IMG/VR virus record: IMGVR_UViG_2706796412_000001
Coordinates: 1-64,000 of that record
Length of the DNA: 64,000 bases
Direction: 5' to 3' (one strand)
DNA from: Bixzunavirus tonenili
Taxonomy: Duplodnaviria; Heunggongvirae; Uroviricota; Caudoviricetes
This document shows, in pieces, positions 54,538 to 63,269 of this stretch. The stretch's first letter is position 1, and each line of letters begins with the position of its first letter. A model generated the notes under the pieces. The model was not told where the DNA came from. It worked only from the letters and a program-made list of their open reading frames with translations, and ran no database searches. Position numbers and translations under genes: made by a program.

Positions 54538-54578
54538 ACCCCGCTACCTGCAAAGGTGGCGGGGTTCCTGCTTTCTCT
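54538..54578 (+). terminator. rho-independent terminator ACCCCGC-[ACCT gcaa AGGT]-GCGGGGT plus T-rich tail
   Basis: 7-bp stem with nested GNRA hairpin then TTCCTGCTTTCTCT, 33 nt after capsid gene stop. Confidence 0.6.
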
Positions 54579-54766
54579 GATTGACGTCAAGGGCTGGTTG
54601 CGTCCAGAGTCCGAGGTCAAGTGCCGCGAGGCTGGTGTCCGATTGATCACCAAAGCCGACCTGCTGCGTCTGGAATCTGGCGACAGTCTGGACGCCCACC
54701 GCATGCTGCTGTGGAACCCTGTGACGGCCTCGTGATCTGACTCAAATAGGTGAAGGGAGGTCTGTC

Positions 54767-55144
54767 ATGCGCCGCATCGTCACCGCACGTGAGCAGGCTG
54801 AGATGCTGCTGCCGTGGCGCACGGCGATGCCCTGGTATGGCGTTCCTGATGAGCACAGGGGTGTGCCGATGTACCACAGCTCCCCGTCATACAACCGCGA
54901 CTCCATCCAGAGTCAGGGGCTGACAACTGGGTTTTCTGACGACGAGGGGATTGAGCCAGGCATCTATATGACGCCGATCAAGCACGACTACCTCGATGCC
55001 GATCATGACGTGTGGCAAATTGATACTTCAGGTCTGGAACACCTAGAGCCTGATGGAGGATATGACCACCCCACAACCGGCAAACATCTGCCTGCGTACT
55101 GGACTCGAAATAACATTCCACCTCATGCCTTGAAGCGACTGTAG
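54767..55144 (+). CDS. protein with N-terminal RIVTAREQAEMLLPW motif (125 aa)
   Basis: GGGAGG RBS; N-terminal motif shared with 57084 and 58675 genes. Confidence 0.5.
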   Translation: MRRIVTAREQAEMLLPWRTAMPWYGVPDEHRGVPMYHSSPSYNRDSIQSQGLTTGFSDDEGIEPGIYMTPIKHDYLDADHDVWQIDTSGLEHLEPDGGYDHPTTGKHLPAYWTRNNIPPHALKRL

Positions 55145-55193
55145 CGGCATTGTCATCCTCCGGAAGGCATAACCCCAGGTCAAGCAACGAGAA

Positions 55194-55222
55194 GGCCCCC
55201 TCTTCGGAGGGGGTTTTCTTGT
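55194..55222 (+). terminator. rho-independent terminator CCCCCTC-TTCG-GAGGGGG plus TTTTCTT
   Basis: 7-bp GC stem with UUCG tetraloop and U-tract after 54767-55144. Confidence 0.65.
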
Positions 55223-55248
55223 GTCTGCCGGAAAAACTTCGCGGGCCG

Positions 55249-55284
55249 GGAATGAATGCCCATGCCGGTCTGTTATACTGAGTA
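55249..55284 (+). promoter_or_regulatory. promoter-like motif GGGAATGAATGCCCAT..GTTATACTGAGT
   Basis: consensus copy; leader ACGCACTCACACGAAAGG upstream of ATG 55317. Confidence 0.5.
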
Positions 55285-55316
55285 CACGACACGCACTCAC
55301 ACGAAAGGTCAGATCC

Positions 55317-55949
55317 ATGAGCATCTACCCCGCATCCGACGCCCAGATCCGCTTCATCAACACCCTGCTTGCCGAGCGTGACGTCCCGCAGGCCTCCCGC
55401 GATTACGTCGAGCAGCTGCTGACCACCGGCATCAGCAGCAAGCGTGCCAGCGACGCCATCACCCACCTGAAGGGCTTCGTCAAGATCCAGGTCCAGCAGG
55501 AGCTGGCCGTCGCGGCCATCGCCCGCCCCCGGCCCACCGAGCCCGGCTTCTACCTGGTCGACGGCGAGGTCTTCAAGGTCGTCGAGACCCGTGACGGCGA
55601 GCGGCTCTACGCCAAGAAGACCACCGCCCACGGCCTGGAGTACGTCCCCGGCGCCATGACCCGGATCTTCGCCGATCAGAAGCTCTCGCCCGAGCAGATC
55701 GCCGAGCAGGGCTTGACTCAGGGCTTCTGCATCGTGTGCTCCTCGGAGTTCGAGGACCCGACCTCCAAGCACATCGGCATCGGCCCGACCTGCGGTCCCA
55801 AGACCCTGGGCAAGGACGTCTACAAGGAGCTGCGGCTGAGCGTGGCCGATCGCCCCGACGTTGTCGCCTTCGAGGCCGCGAAGAAGGCCCGGGCCAAGGA
55901 GGCCCGCGAGGCCAAGAAGCGCCAGGGCGAGCAGCTCGCGCTGGTGTGA
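55317..55949 (+). CDS. hypothetical protein (210 aa) in self-contained promoter-gene-terminator cassette
   Basis: flanked by consensus promoter and two copies of the same UUCG-tetraloop terminator. Confidence 0.55.
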   Translation: MSIYPASDAQIRFINTLLAERDVPQASRDYVEQLLTTGISSKRASDAITHLKGFVKIQVQQELAVAAIARPRPTEPGFYLVDGEVFKVVETRDGERLYAKKTTAHGLEYVPGAMTRIFADQKLSPEQIAEQGLTQGFCIVCSSEFEDPTSKHIGIGPTCGPKTLGKDVYKELRLSVADRPDVVAFEAAKKARAKEAREAKKRQGEQLALV

Positions 55950-55963
55950 CCCGCCAGCCAAGA

Positions 55964-55995
55964 GGCCCCCTCTTCGGAGGGGGTCTCTTCGTTTG
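55964..55995 (+). terminator. rho-independent terminator CCCCCTC-TTCG-GAGGGGG plus TCTCTTCGTTTG
   Basis: second copy of the hairpin found at 55194. Confidence 0.65.
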
Positions 55996-56030
55996 CCCGA
56001 GGGCCATGAATAGATGAGGAGGACTTCCCC

Positions 56031-56570
56031 ATGACTCTGCCTGGACCCCCGAACACTCCGCCCGGCGCCGATTCTCCGGCCTGGCCTCCGGTCGTCTCTG
56101 CCAACGGCTACGTGCCGCCCGAGAGCATTCCGACCCGTACCACGGTGACCTCGGTCGAGGGTCGGTCCGGTGATGTCGACGTCACCATGGGCGACATCGA
56201 GGGCCTGCAGGAAGCGCTGGACGAAGCGAGCGCCCCGGCGACGTGGGACACCCTATCCGGCAAGCCTGCCGTGATCGCTGCCGGGGCCACCCAGGCCGCC
56301 GCTCGGTCGGCCATCGGCGCGGGCACTTCCAGCCTGGCCCTGGGCACCACGGCCTCCACCGCACTGGCGGGCAACACCGCGCTGGTGCCGCCCACGCGCA
56401 CCGTCAACGGCAAGGCCCTCAGTGCCAACGTGACGCTCGGTGGTGGTGATGTGGCACTGACCGGCTACGCCGCCGGGACCGCCGAACCGGTGGCCGCCAC
56501 CGACACGGTCAACGCGGCCATCGCCAAGCTGGAGGCGAGGATCGCCGCCCTGGAGGCCGGACAGCCGTAA
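56031..56570 (+). CDS. tail fibre-like protein with LPGPPNTPP N-terminus (179 aa)
   Basis: Ala/Thr/Gly-rich repeats (ALSANVTLGGGDVALTG), C-terminal coiled coil AKLEARIAALEAGQ. Confidence 0.45.
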   Translation: MTLPGPPNTPPGADSPAWPPVVSANGYVPPESIPTRTTVTSVEGRSGDVDVTMGDIEGLQEALDEASAPATWDTLSGKPAVIAAGATQAAARSAIGAGTSSLALGTTASTALAGNTALVPPTRTVNGKALSANVTLGGGDVALTGYAAGTAEPVAATDTVNAAIAKLEARIAALEAGQP

Positions 56571-56573
56571 GTG

Positions 56574-56609
56574 GGGAATGAATCCCCATATCTCTGTGTT
56601 ATACTAGGT
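56574..56609 (+). promoter_or_regulatory. promoter-like motif GGGGAATGAATCCCCAT..GTTATACTAGGT
   Basis: consensus copy; leader CATTCACCCACACACAGAGGAG upstream of ATG 56642. Confidence 0.5.
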
Positions 56610-56641
56610 GCACATTCACCCACACACAGAGGAGTTCCGGC

Positions 56642-56860
56642 ATGATCATCGACGACCTCAACGGAGAACTGGTCGACATCGAGGACGGCGGCGTCTCGAA
56701 CGAGAAGCTCGTCCAGATAGAGCGTGAGTACTTCTCGCTTCTGATCGATCCGGGCACCGAGCGCTACTGGGGGCGGGACTACCTGCGCCACTTGGGCCAG
56801 GACTACGACTCGATCGTCGAGGAGATCGGCTACCGTCGACGCGATCGGGAATGGGTGTGA
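56642..56860 (+). CDS. hypothetical protein (72 aa)
   Basis: ORF after promoter and leader. Confidence 0.4.
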   Translation: MIIDDLNGELVDIEDGGVSNEKLVQIEREYFSLLIDPGTERYWGRDYLRHLGQDYDSIVEEIGYRRRDREWV

Positions 56861-56875
56861 GGAGGTGACCATGAG

Positions 56876-57040
56876 ATGGAGCGCTACCTGTTCGCCGGAA
56901 GCGAGTTGACCCGCGACGAACTGGAGAAGGCTTTGGCTCCAGAGCTGGACGAACTCAACGCCGCCCAGGGCACCAAGATCGGCTTCGACGAATACCTGGC
57001 CGCAGCTCTGAACACCGGCACCATCACCGAGATCCTGTAA
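56876..57040 (+). CDS. hypothetical protein (54 aa)
   Basis: GAGGAGG RBS. Confidence 0.3.
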   Translation: MERYLFAGSELTRDELEKALAPELDELNAAQGTKIGFDEYLAAALNTGTITEIL

Positions 57041-57052
57041 GGCGGGGCGGGA

Positions 57053-57074
57053 CCTCCTCTAATAGGTGAGGAGG
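57053..57074 (+). promoter_or_regulatory. SD-sequestering hairpin CCTCCTC-taataggt-GAGGAGG
   Basis: 7-bp stem whose 3' arm is the RBS of gene 57084; same architecture as hairpin at 31595. Confidence 0.45.
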
Positions 57075-57083
57075 CCTGTCCTG

Positions 57084-58682
57084 ATGCGAATCACCACTGC
57101 TCGCGAGCAGTTCGAAATGCTCTTGCCCTGGCGAGAGGCCGACGTCGCTATTCGCCCAGACGCCGTTCCGCCAGGAGTTCCTGGTGCTGGCAATCAGCCT
57201 CAGATCCCGGCCCGAGAGAAGAACATCGGCGAAAACACGCCATGGTCGCAGGTCGACTGGCGTACCGCCGACGATTACGGGGCGCATCGGTCCACCAGTC
57301 GACCACCGATGTCTTCCGACATCCCGCACCCGACCGAGCTGCTCGATCCCCGCAAGGCCGGTCATCGTGCACGCCTGGAGCGTGCGATGGCCAGCGAAGA
57401 CCCGGTGAACGATCCATGGAACGTCCTCGGCGGCACACCCTGGACATTCGAAGACCTGGTCCAGAACCACATGAGCCACCACCAGAACATGAATCCCGAG
57501 CAGGAGTTTCAGGGGCGTGTCTGGTACCCAGCGGCCCATGACTCCACCAAGGACGTGGCCCAGCGGACCATCGGTGACCACGAGCGCACGGTGGCCGTCG
57601 ATTCGGCGCTGTCGCCGGTCAAGGACTGGGACCTCAACAACGAGCAGATGATCCACTACCTGACCAACTACGAGGGTCAGGAGGGATACAAGTCTCCGAC
57701 GAAGAACTGGAAGGGATTCAGCCGCGACGCGCCCGAGCGCGACCCTGAGAACCGGTTCCGGGTCAAGGCGCCCGACGATCAGAACGAGAAGGCTCATCGG
57801 CTGATGGACGCCCCGGCAGGATCGCTGGGGCGAGAGGACTACCTCAACATCCTGTCCGGCCCCAAGACCAGCTCCTTCTTCAACAACATCCTCGACGAGA
57901 CCCCGCTGCGCGAACCGCGCTCAGGCGTGCCGGACGACGAGGGGTTCTACGAGCACCAGATCAATCCGAACACCGGCAAGCCGGACTGGCGCTACGGCGA
58001 TCAGGACGTCACCGTGGACACCCATCACGCTCGGGTTCAGACGATCCCGCACGGCGCCGATCTCAGCCAGGTGGGGTACGTGGTGCCCGACCACTTCGGC
58101 GAGAAGCTCACAGTCAACAAGAAGGCCTACCACCCCGGTTATGACCTGCACGCTCGTGCGTCGGCGGAAGCAACCCGTCGGCTCAACGCCATGCAGGAGG
58201 ACGACCTGCGGACCTTGAAGCCCAAGCAGGCTCAGGCCGGTCCGTGGGTCAAGTTCAAGAAGGACGTCGTCGACGCCGGTGTGTCGCCGAACATGCCCGA
58301 GCCCGGCCAGATGCCCAAGTCTTTCAATCCCGACAAGCCGACCCAGCTGAGGGGCCCGTATCCGAACACTCCGGACCAGCCTCGTTACCAGCGTGACGTT
58401 GGCGACTTCTGGGTACATCCAGACCGTCCGGACCCGGACTTGCGCCGGGCTCCGAACTGGAACAACCGCACGCCCAGCTGGCGTAGCGAGAAGAATCGTC
58501 GGCAGTCGTCGGTGCGGGTGGGCTTCGTCGAGGAATGGATCGCTCAGCACTTCCCGCATCGGGCTTCTGGCGTTCCCGAAGACGGCAGCGTCCAGCAGGT
58601 GGTTCAGGCCAGCTTCGACGACGGATCTCGGCTGACTGCTGAGACTCTCGCCTTCGCCGATGAGGTGCTCAAGAATGTGTAA
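57084..58682 (+). CDS. large protein (532 aa) with N-terminal RITTAREQFEMLLPW motif
   Basis: shared N-terminal motif; Pro/Asp-rich; downstream of capsid genes. Confidence 0.55.
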   Translation: MRITTAREQFEMLLPWREADVAIRPDAVPPGVPGAGNQPQIPAREKNIGENTPWSQVDWRTADDYGAHRSTSRPPMSSDIPHPTELLDPRKAGHRARLERAMASEDPVNDPWNVLGGTPWTFEDLVQNHMSHHQNMNPEQEFQGRVWYPAAHDSTKDVAQRTIGDHERTVAVDSALSPVKDWDLNNEQMIHYLTNYEGQEGYKSPTKNWKGFSRDAPERDPENRFRVKAPDDQNEKAHRLMDAPAGSLGREDYLNILSGPKTSSFFNNILDETPLREPRSGVPDDEGFYEHQINPNTGKPDWRYGDQDVTVDTHHARVQTIPHGADLSQVGYVVPDHFGEKLTVNKKAYHPGYDLHARASAEATRRLNAMQEDDLRTLKPKQAQAGPWVKFKKDVVDAGVSPNMPEPGQMPKSFNPDKPTQLRGPYPNTPDQPRYQRDVGDFWVHPDRPDPDLRRAPNWNNRTPSWRSEKNRRQSSVRVGFVEEWIAQHFPHRASGVPEDGSVQQVVQASFDDGSRLTAETLAFADEVLKNV

Positions 58683-59976
58683 CCACCGTCGCATCGTCAC
58701 CGCCCGCGAGCAGTTCGAGATGCTGCAACCCTGGCACCGCGAAGCGGCTGCGCACCCGGAGGCTCACCCGGATCTGCACCACAGCTTCGCCACGCACGGC
58801 TCGGTGCACACCACCGGTGGCCGCGTGCTGCCGCAGCGCACCGCCAACTCGCCGACCTTCCAGGATCCGGCGGGATGGACCTTCCACAAGTCCTTCGAGC
58901 CCAGCCAGCACGCATTGCAGGGCGCACGGGCCTACGCCTCGCTGGTCGGCCTGCCGGACCCACACTCCGGTCATGTGGACTACCTCAACGCCCGCCGGAC
59001 GCCCGACAGCGTGGCCAAGGTGGCCAAGGCCTACGACAGCCTGCCGGACATGGACCGCAGTGCCATCCCGCACTTCCAGGCGATGGCCGACGAGGTGGCC
59101 AAGCAGCACGACTTCATGACCAATCGTCTGGGCATCAAGACCCAGTCGGTGGACTACGACCCGTACACCGACGTGCACGAGATGCTGCACGACATCAACC
59201 ACAACAAGACCCTCAAGGTGATGGGCACCCATGTCACCGGCGGGCATCCCTTGTTCAGCAACAAGCAGAACGACATGTTCCGCGCTGTGCACGACTTCTT
59301 CGGTCATGCCGCGACCGGGCGCAGCTTTGACCGACATGGCGAGCAGGCTGCATACCTGGCGCACGCGCAGATGTTCTCTCCGCACGCGCTGCCCGCGCTG
59401 GCCAGCGAGACCAAGGGTCAGAACAGCTCGCTGATCTACAACGGCCAGTTCGGTCCGCAGAAGATCGGCATCATGTCGCCGGAGCACTACACCGACGGCC
59501 TGGCGCTGCACCGACCGCGTATGTCATCCTATAGAACAGCTGTAGGAGATCCACAGTGGCAGAACGAGGTAGAGAAGGCCGTGCGCGAGACGGGCGGGTA
59601 CACCTTCCGCGATCGTCCTGGTGACGGCCCGCAGAGCGGATTCATGGTGGCCCTGCCGGGCGCCGAGAAGATCGTTCCGCGTGACGAGTTCTCCGGAGAG
59701 GATGCCGCCCGCTATCGCCAGGAGTGGGACGACAGGATCCGGGAGGATCCCGATCGCTATCAGGGTGGCTGGGACGACGTCGAGTCGGGCAACTTCTACC
59801 ACGACGTGGCCAAGCACTACGACGACCTCTGGGAGTCGGGTGTGGCCGGACGCGCCGAGAACGACGAAGATGCCCAGCACGGTATCTACCATCTCGACTC
59901 CGACACCACGTTCAGCCCTCTGGAGGTCAACTACGGCGGCACGCCGGGATACATGATGGCCAGGAGGGAAGACTGA
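58675..59976 (+). CDS. large protein (433 aa) with N-terminal RIVTAREQFEMLQPW motif
   Basis: ATG overlaps upstream stop; shared N-terminal motif; His-rich central segment HDFFGHAATG. Confidence 0.55.
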   Translation: MCNHRRIVTAREQFEMLQPWHREAAAHPEAHPDLHHSFATHGSVHTTGGRVLPQRTANSPTFQDPAGWTFHKSFEPSQHALQGARAYASLVGLPDPHSGHVDYLNARRTPDSVAKVAKAYDSLPDMDRSAIPHFQAMADEVAKQHDFMTNRLGIKTQSVDYDPYTDVHEMLHDINHNKTLKVMGTHVTGGHPLFSNKQNDMFRAVHDFFGHAATGRSFDRHGEQAAYLAHAQMFSPHALPALASETKGQNSSLIYNGQFGPQKIGIMSPEHYTDGLALHRPRMSSYRTAVGDPQWQNEVEKAVRETGGYTFRDRPGDGPQSGFMVALPGAEKIVPRDEFSGEDAARYRQEWDDRIREDPDRYQGGWDDVESGNFYHDVAKHYDDLWESGVAGRAENDEDAQHGIYHLDSDTTFSPLEVNYGGTPGYMMARRED

Positions 59977-60188
59977 TGGCGCTGGATATGGAGAAGCTGC
60001 GCGCGTTCGCCAGCGAGGTGGGTTACTGGCCTGCCACCGACGATGACGATGAGCTGGAGGCCCGGCGCCAGGCGCACGCTGCCGACACCGGCTCGCTGGA
60101 GCACACTCACGCCAAGTACGGCCACCTGCGTGAACACAAGCGTCAGGTCGAGGCCGAGGCTGCCGCGCGGCGCGATCTCAAGGACTGA
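59976..60188 (+). CDS. hypothetical protein (70 aa)
   Basis: TGATG overlap. Confidence 0.35.
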   Translation: MALDMEKLRAFASEVGYWPATDDDDELEARRQAHAADTGSLEHTHAKYGHLREHKRQVEAEAAARRDLKD

Positions 60189-60190
60189 CC

Positions 60191-60562
60191 ATGACGATGC
60201 CCACCGAGGAAAGCGGCAAGCCGGGTCTGTTCGACCGGTTTGCCGACCTCATCAACCAGTTCACCTCGCGCGCGTGGTTCTTCCTCGCCTGCGTTTTGCT
60301 CGTGCTGATATGGGCACCCAGCTTTCTGGTGGTGGGCAACATCGACACCTGGCAGCTGCTGATCAACACCCCGACCACGGTGATCACATTCCTGCTGGTG
60401 GCCCTGCAGGCCAACACCTCGAAGCGGTCCGACGCCTCGACGCAGACCAAGCTCAATGCCGTCGCCGACGGCATGGCCGACCTGATGGAGCACTTCGGGG
60501 TCACCAAGCATGCCCACGAACTACGAGAGGCCGTGGGACTGGAAGAAAAGGAGTCCACCTGA
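60191..60562 (+). CDS. DUF1003-like integral membrane protein (123 aa)
   Basis: two TM helices; LLINTPTTVITFLLVALQANTSKRSDASTQTKL resembles DUF1003 small membrane proteins. Confidence 0.45.
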   Translation: MTMPTEESGKPGLFDRFADLINQFTSRAWFFLACVLLVLIWAPSFLVVGNIDTWQLLINTPTTVITFLLVALQANTSKRSDASTQTKLNAVADGMADLMEHFGVTKHAHELREAVGLEEKEST

Positions 60563-60807
60563 TGCCGAACGAGACCGACACCGTTCGGGGTATCCAGGGG
60601 CATCCGGACCTGCCGGGTCCGCCCAACACCCCGCCGACGACCCAGATGCCGCCGGAGTACTGGCGCAAGAATCCTGCCGGTGATCCCGACCACGGCCAGT
60701 ACCAGACCGTGGAGAGGGGACGCGACGACGTCGTGAAGGTCCCTGTCGAACCCGGCTGGGACAATCCGGTGCACTTCGGGCCGGAAGGCGACGGGAACGA
60801 TGCCTGA
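60562..60807 (+). CDS. hypothetical protein (81 aa) with DLPGPPNTPPT motif
   Basis: TGATG overlap; paralog of next gene. Confidence 0.4.
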   Translation: MPNETDTVRGIQGHPDLPGPPNTPPTTQMPPEYWRKNPAGDPDHGQYQTVERGRDDVVKVPVEPGWDNPVHFGPEGDGNDA

Positions 60808-61021
60808 GTACGATCACGTGCGTGGCATTGAAGGTCGCACCGATCTGCCGGGCCCGCCGTACGATCCGCCGACCCACACCTGGGCGGTGCCGGTCAACGA
60901 CGTCGTTCGGACGCCCAAGGGCGATCCCGGTGCCAAGCGCAAGCAGTACATCGAGATCCGAGGACCGCAGTTGGAGTTCATCGAGACGCGTGACGACGCG
61001 CCCGAGAGTGATGAAAACTGA
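60800..61021 (+). CDS. hypothetical protein (73 aa) with DLPGPPYDPPT motif
   Basis: overlaps upstream by 8 nt; paralog. Confidence 0.4.
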   Translation: MPEYDHVRGIEGRTDLPGPPYDPPTHTWAVPVNDVVRTPKGDPGAKRKQYIEIRGPQLEFIETRDDAPESDEN

Positions 61022-61139
61022 CACCCGCCGACACCGGCGTTACACTTGTTTCTGAGGCGCTCCTTGCGAGTGCAAAATTCTTCTCAGTGGGTGAGAAGTG
61101 GTGGAGAGCAAAGGGATTCGTTTCCCCGTCAGCTCCCCG

Positions 61140-61190
61140 GAGGACCTGTGCTTGCTCGGGCGTGCCAGCACAGGTCCTCTTCCATTTTGT
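61140..61190 (+). terminator. rho-independent terminator: 13-bp stem GAGGACCTGTGCT..AGCACAGGTCCTC plus TTCCATTTTGTGT
   Basis: long perfect inverted repeat followed by T-rich tract. Confidence 0.65.
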
Positions 61191-61298
61191 GTCGTTCGAC
61201 ACCAGCGACTTTGGCTTCCTTGCCTTTCTCCCGCAAACAAATCACAATGAGTTATAGACCACCTACAGGAGCACTGACCCCCGATGGGAGGACGACGG

Positions 61299-61550
61299 AT
61301 GAACACCTATCTCGTCCGCCTGGCCGACCGCCACACCGGCGAGGGCCAGCGGATTCTTGTGCAGGATCGTAACCCGAGCGCCGACCCCGCCACGGCACTC
61401 GATGATATGCAGCACTGGGTGGACTCCCACAAGGGTCTGTTCGATCCGCCACTGGCCATCGACGATCCGGTGGTCATCGACATGCACCTGCTCAAGATAA
61501 AGCGTCCGGCGCGCACGGTCCTGCCGACCGCGACTCGAGCAGGTGTATGA
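61299..61550 (+). CDS. hypothetical protein (83 aa)
   Basis: GGGAGGACGACGG RBS after terminator and TTATAG element. Confidence 0.4.
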   Translation: MNTYLVRLADRHTGEGQRILVQDRNPSADPATALDDMQHWVDSHKGLFDPPLAIDDPVVIDMHLLKIKRPARTVLPTATRAGV

Positions 61551-61567
61551 CGGTCATCACATAGCGG

Positions 61568-61603
61568 GGCGGAATGATCCTCCGCCGGGTTGGGTTGTAC
61601 AGA
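61568..61603 (+). promoter_or_regulatory. promoter-like motif (variant) GGCGGAATGATCCTCC..GTTGTACAGAGT
   Basis: repeated box; leader CACTCACACACTCACCCCGGAGGAAG upstream of ATG 61640. Confidence 0.4.
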
Positions 61604-61639
61604 GTGTTCGACACTCACACACTCACCCCGGAGGAAGCC

Positions 61640-61762
61640 ATGAATCCCAAGGCCCAGATGATGTCCGCCACCGGATACGTCAAGCGCCCCAACAAGGCCA
61701 CCCGCGCCAAGGAGAACCGCGCCTGGAAGCGTGATCAGGAGGTCTCCCGCTACTACCGCTGA
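61640..61762 (+). CDS. small basic protein (40 aa)
   Basis: short ORF after promoter and leader; Lys/Arg-rich. Confidence 0.3.
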   Translation: MNPKAQMMSATGYVKRPNKATRAKENRAWKRDQEVSRYYR

Positions 61763-61769
61763 CACTGTC

Positions 61770-61816
61770 GAAGACCCCTTCAGCCACTCGAATCAATGAG
61801 TGGAAGGAGGGGTCTT
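61770..61816 (+). terminator. compound hairpin GAAGACCCCT..[CCACTC-gaatcaat-GAGTGG]..AGGGGTCTTC overlapping downstream RBS
   Basis: 10-bp outer stem with nested 6-bp hairpin; 3' arm contains GGAAGGAGGGG RBS of gene 61821. Confidence 0.45.
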
Positions 61817-61820
61817 CGTC

Positions 61821-62315
61821 GTGTCTGACCAGCAGCAGATTATCGAGGTCGAACTCGATCCGATCGGGTATGTGCCGCGTCCCGACCTCTTCGTGCGCAA
61901 CCTGTCGCCGCAAACGATCACCTTCAACATGGGCAAGATCCGGTGGACCCTGCCGCCCTTCCCCAACCCGGACTACGAGCAGCCGCTGCCCTGGACTGTC
62001 GCGCGCTCGTCGGGATTCGGTCGTCTGTGGTCGCGACAGCAAGTCCTCGTCGCCGCCGACGAAGAATTCACCACCATCGTCACCGACCTCCCTGAGGGTG
62101 GGTCACTCTTCCGGCCCTTCGTTCATCGGCAGGAGATCGCGCAGTCGGTGGTCGACATCGACCACGACTTGAACCGCGATGGCCCCGTGATGATCTCGGT
62201 GTTCAGTCTCGACGGTCAGACCGAGTACTTCAACTTTCGCACCGAGATGCTCACCAAGAACCGGTGCCGCGTCTCGTTCGATGACCCGATCTCGTTCGTG
62301 GCGACCATTTTCTAA
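61821..62315 (+). CDS. hypothetical protein, possible tail/baseplate component (164 aa)
   Basis: GTG start; precedes tail-fibre genes. Confidence 0.45.
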   Translation: MSDQQQIIEVELDPIGYVPRPDLFVRNLSPQTITFNMGKIRWTLPPFPNPDYEQPLPWTVARSSGFGRLWSRQQVLVAADEEFTTIVTDLPEGGSLFRPFVHRQEIAQSVVDIDHDLNRDGPVMISVFSLDGQTEYFNFRTEMLTKNRCRVSFDDPISFVATIF

Positions 62316-62332
62316 GAGGGAGATGCCCAAGC

Positions 62333-63238
62333 ATGACTGCACGCAGGTCCGCTTCTCAGCTGGACATGAACAGCAAGAAGATCATCGAGGTCGGTGCACC
62401 TTCTGCTCCCAATGACGCCGCGCGCAAGGCCGACGTCGACACCTCCTACAACAACGCGATCTCGCGTGCCAACCACACCGGCACGCAGACCGCGTCGACC
62501 ATCAGCAACTTCGACACCCAGGTCCGGGCCAACCGGCTCGACCAGATGAGCGCGCCGACGGCGCCGGTGTCGATGAACAGCCAGCGGGTGACCTCGGTGG
62601 CCGCGCCCACCGTCGACGGCGACGCGGCCAACAAGAAGTACGTCGACGACGCGCTGGCCGGACTGGTCTCGGGCATGGAGCGCAAGGGTGGCGTGAAGGT
62701 GGCCGTGGGCACCGACGTCAACATCGCCAACCCGGGCACCTCCACACTTGACGGCGTCGCGCTGAACAACGGTGACGTGGTGCTGCTCTACGGCCAGAGC
62801 ACCGGCAGCCAGAACGGCCCGTACGTCTTCAACGGCGCTGGGGTGGGCATGACCCGCAGCCCGAACTGGGACACTGCCGGTGAAGCTGTCATCGGGTCGT
62901 TCTGGATCGTGGCGCAAGGGTCCAAGGCCGACCATTTCGCGCTGATGACCAACGACACTTTCGTGCTGGGTACCGACACCATGACGGTGCAGTTCGTCGG
63001 TGTGGCTCCGGCGGCCAATGTGCCGTTTGAGGCCGACCTCGGCGACGGCTCGGCGACGGTCTTCAACTGCGATCACAACTTCAACACCCGCGCGGTGCAC
63101 GTGACCGTCTACCGCAATGCCAGCCCGTACGACGAGCCGCTGGTCTACATCGCCCACCCGACAGTCAACCGGGTGACCATCGAGCCTGACGACGTCTGGT
63201 CCAGCGGCCAGTACCACGTGGTGATTTCTCGCGCGTGA
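62333..63238 (+). CDS. tail fibre protein (301 aa)
   Basis: N-terminal LDMNSKKIIEVGAPSAPNDAARKADVD tail-fibre signature and repeated A-P-T-x-D-x-A-N-K-x-Y-V-D units. Confidence 0.6.
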   Translation: MTARRSASQLDMNSKKIIEVGAPSAPNDAARKADVDTSYNNAISRANHTGTQTASTISNFDTQVRANRLDQMSAPTAPVSMNSQRVTSVAAPTVDGDAANKKYVDDALAGLVSGMERKGGVKVAVGTDVNIANPGTSTLDGVALNNGDVVLLYGQSTGSQNGPYVFNGAGVGMTRSPNWDTAGEAVIGSFWIVAQGSKADHFALMTNDTFVLGTDTMTVQFVGVAPAANVPFEADLGDGSATVFNCDHNFNTRAVHVTVYRNASPYDEPLVYIAHPTVNRVTIEPDDVWSSGQYHVVISRA

Positions 63239-63269
63239 CCTGGGCAAATAGAGCGAAAGTAGGCTCTTC

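Noticed and set aside
12815-61603. Dispersed repeats (GGGAATGAATCCCCAT...) considered as a CRISPR array or MITE family
   Set aside because: Copies are 0.4-10 kb apart, in one orientation and always upstream of genes. There is no regular repeat-spacer periodicity and no terminal inverted repeats. Interpreted as promoters.
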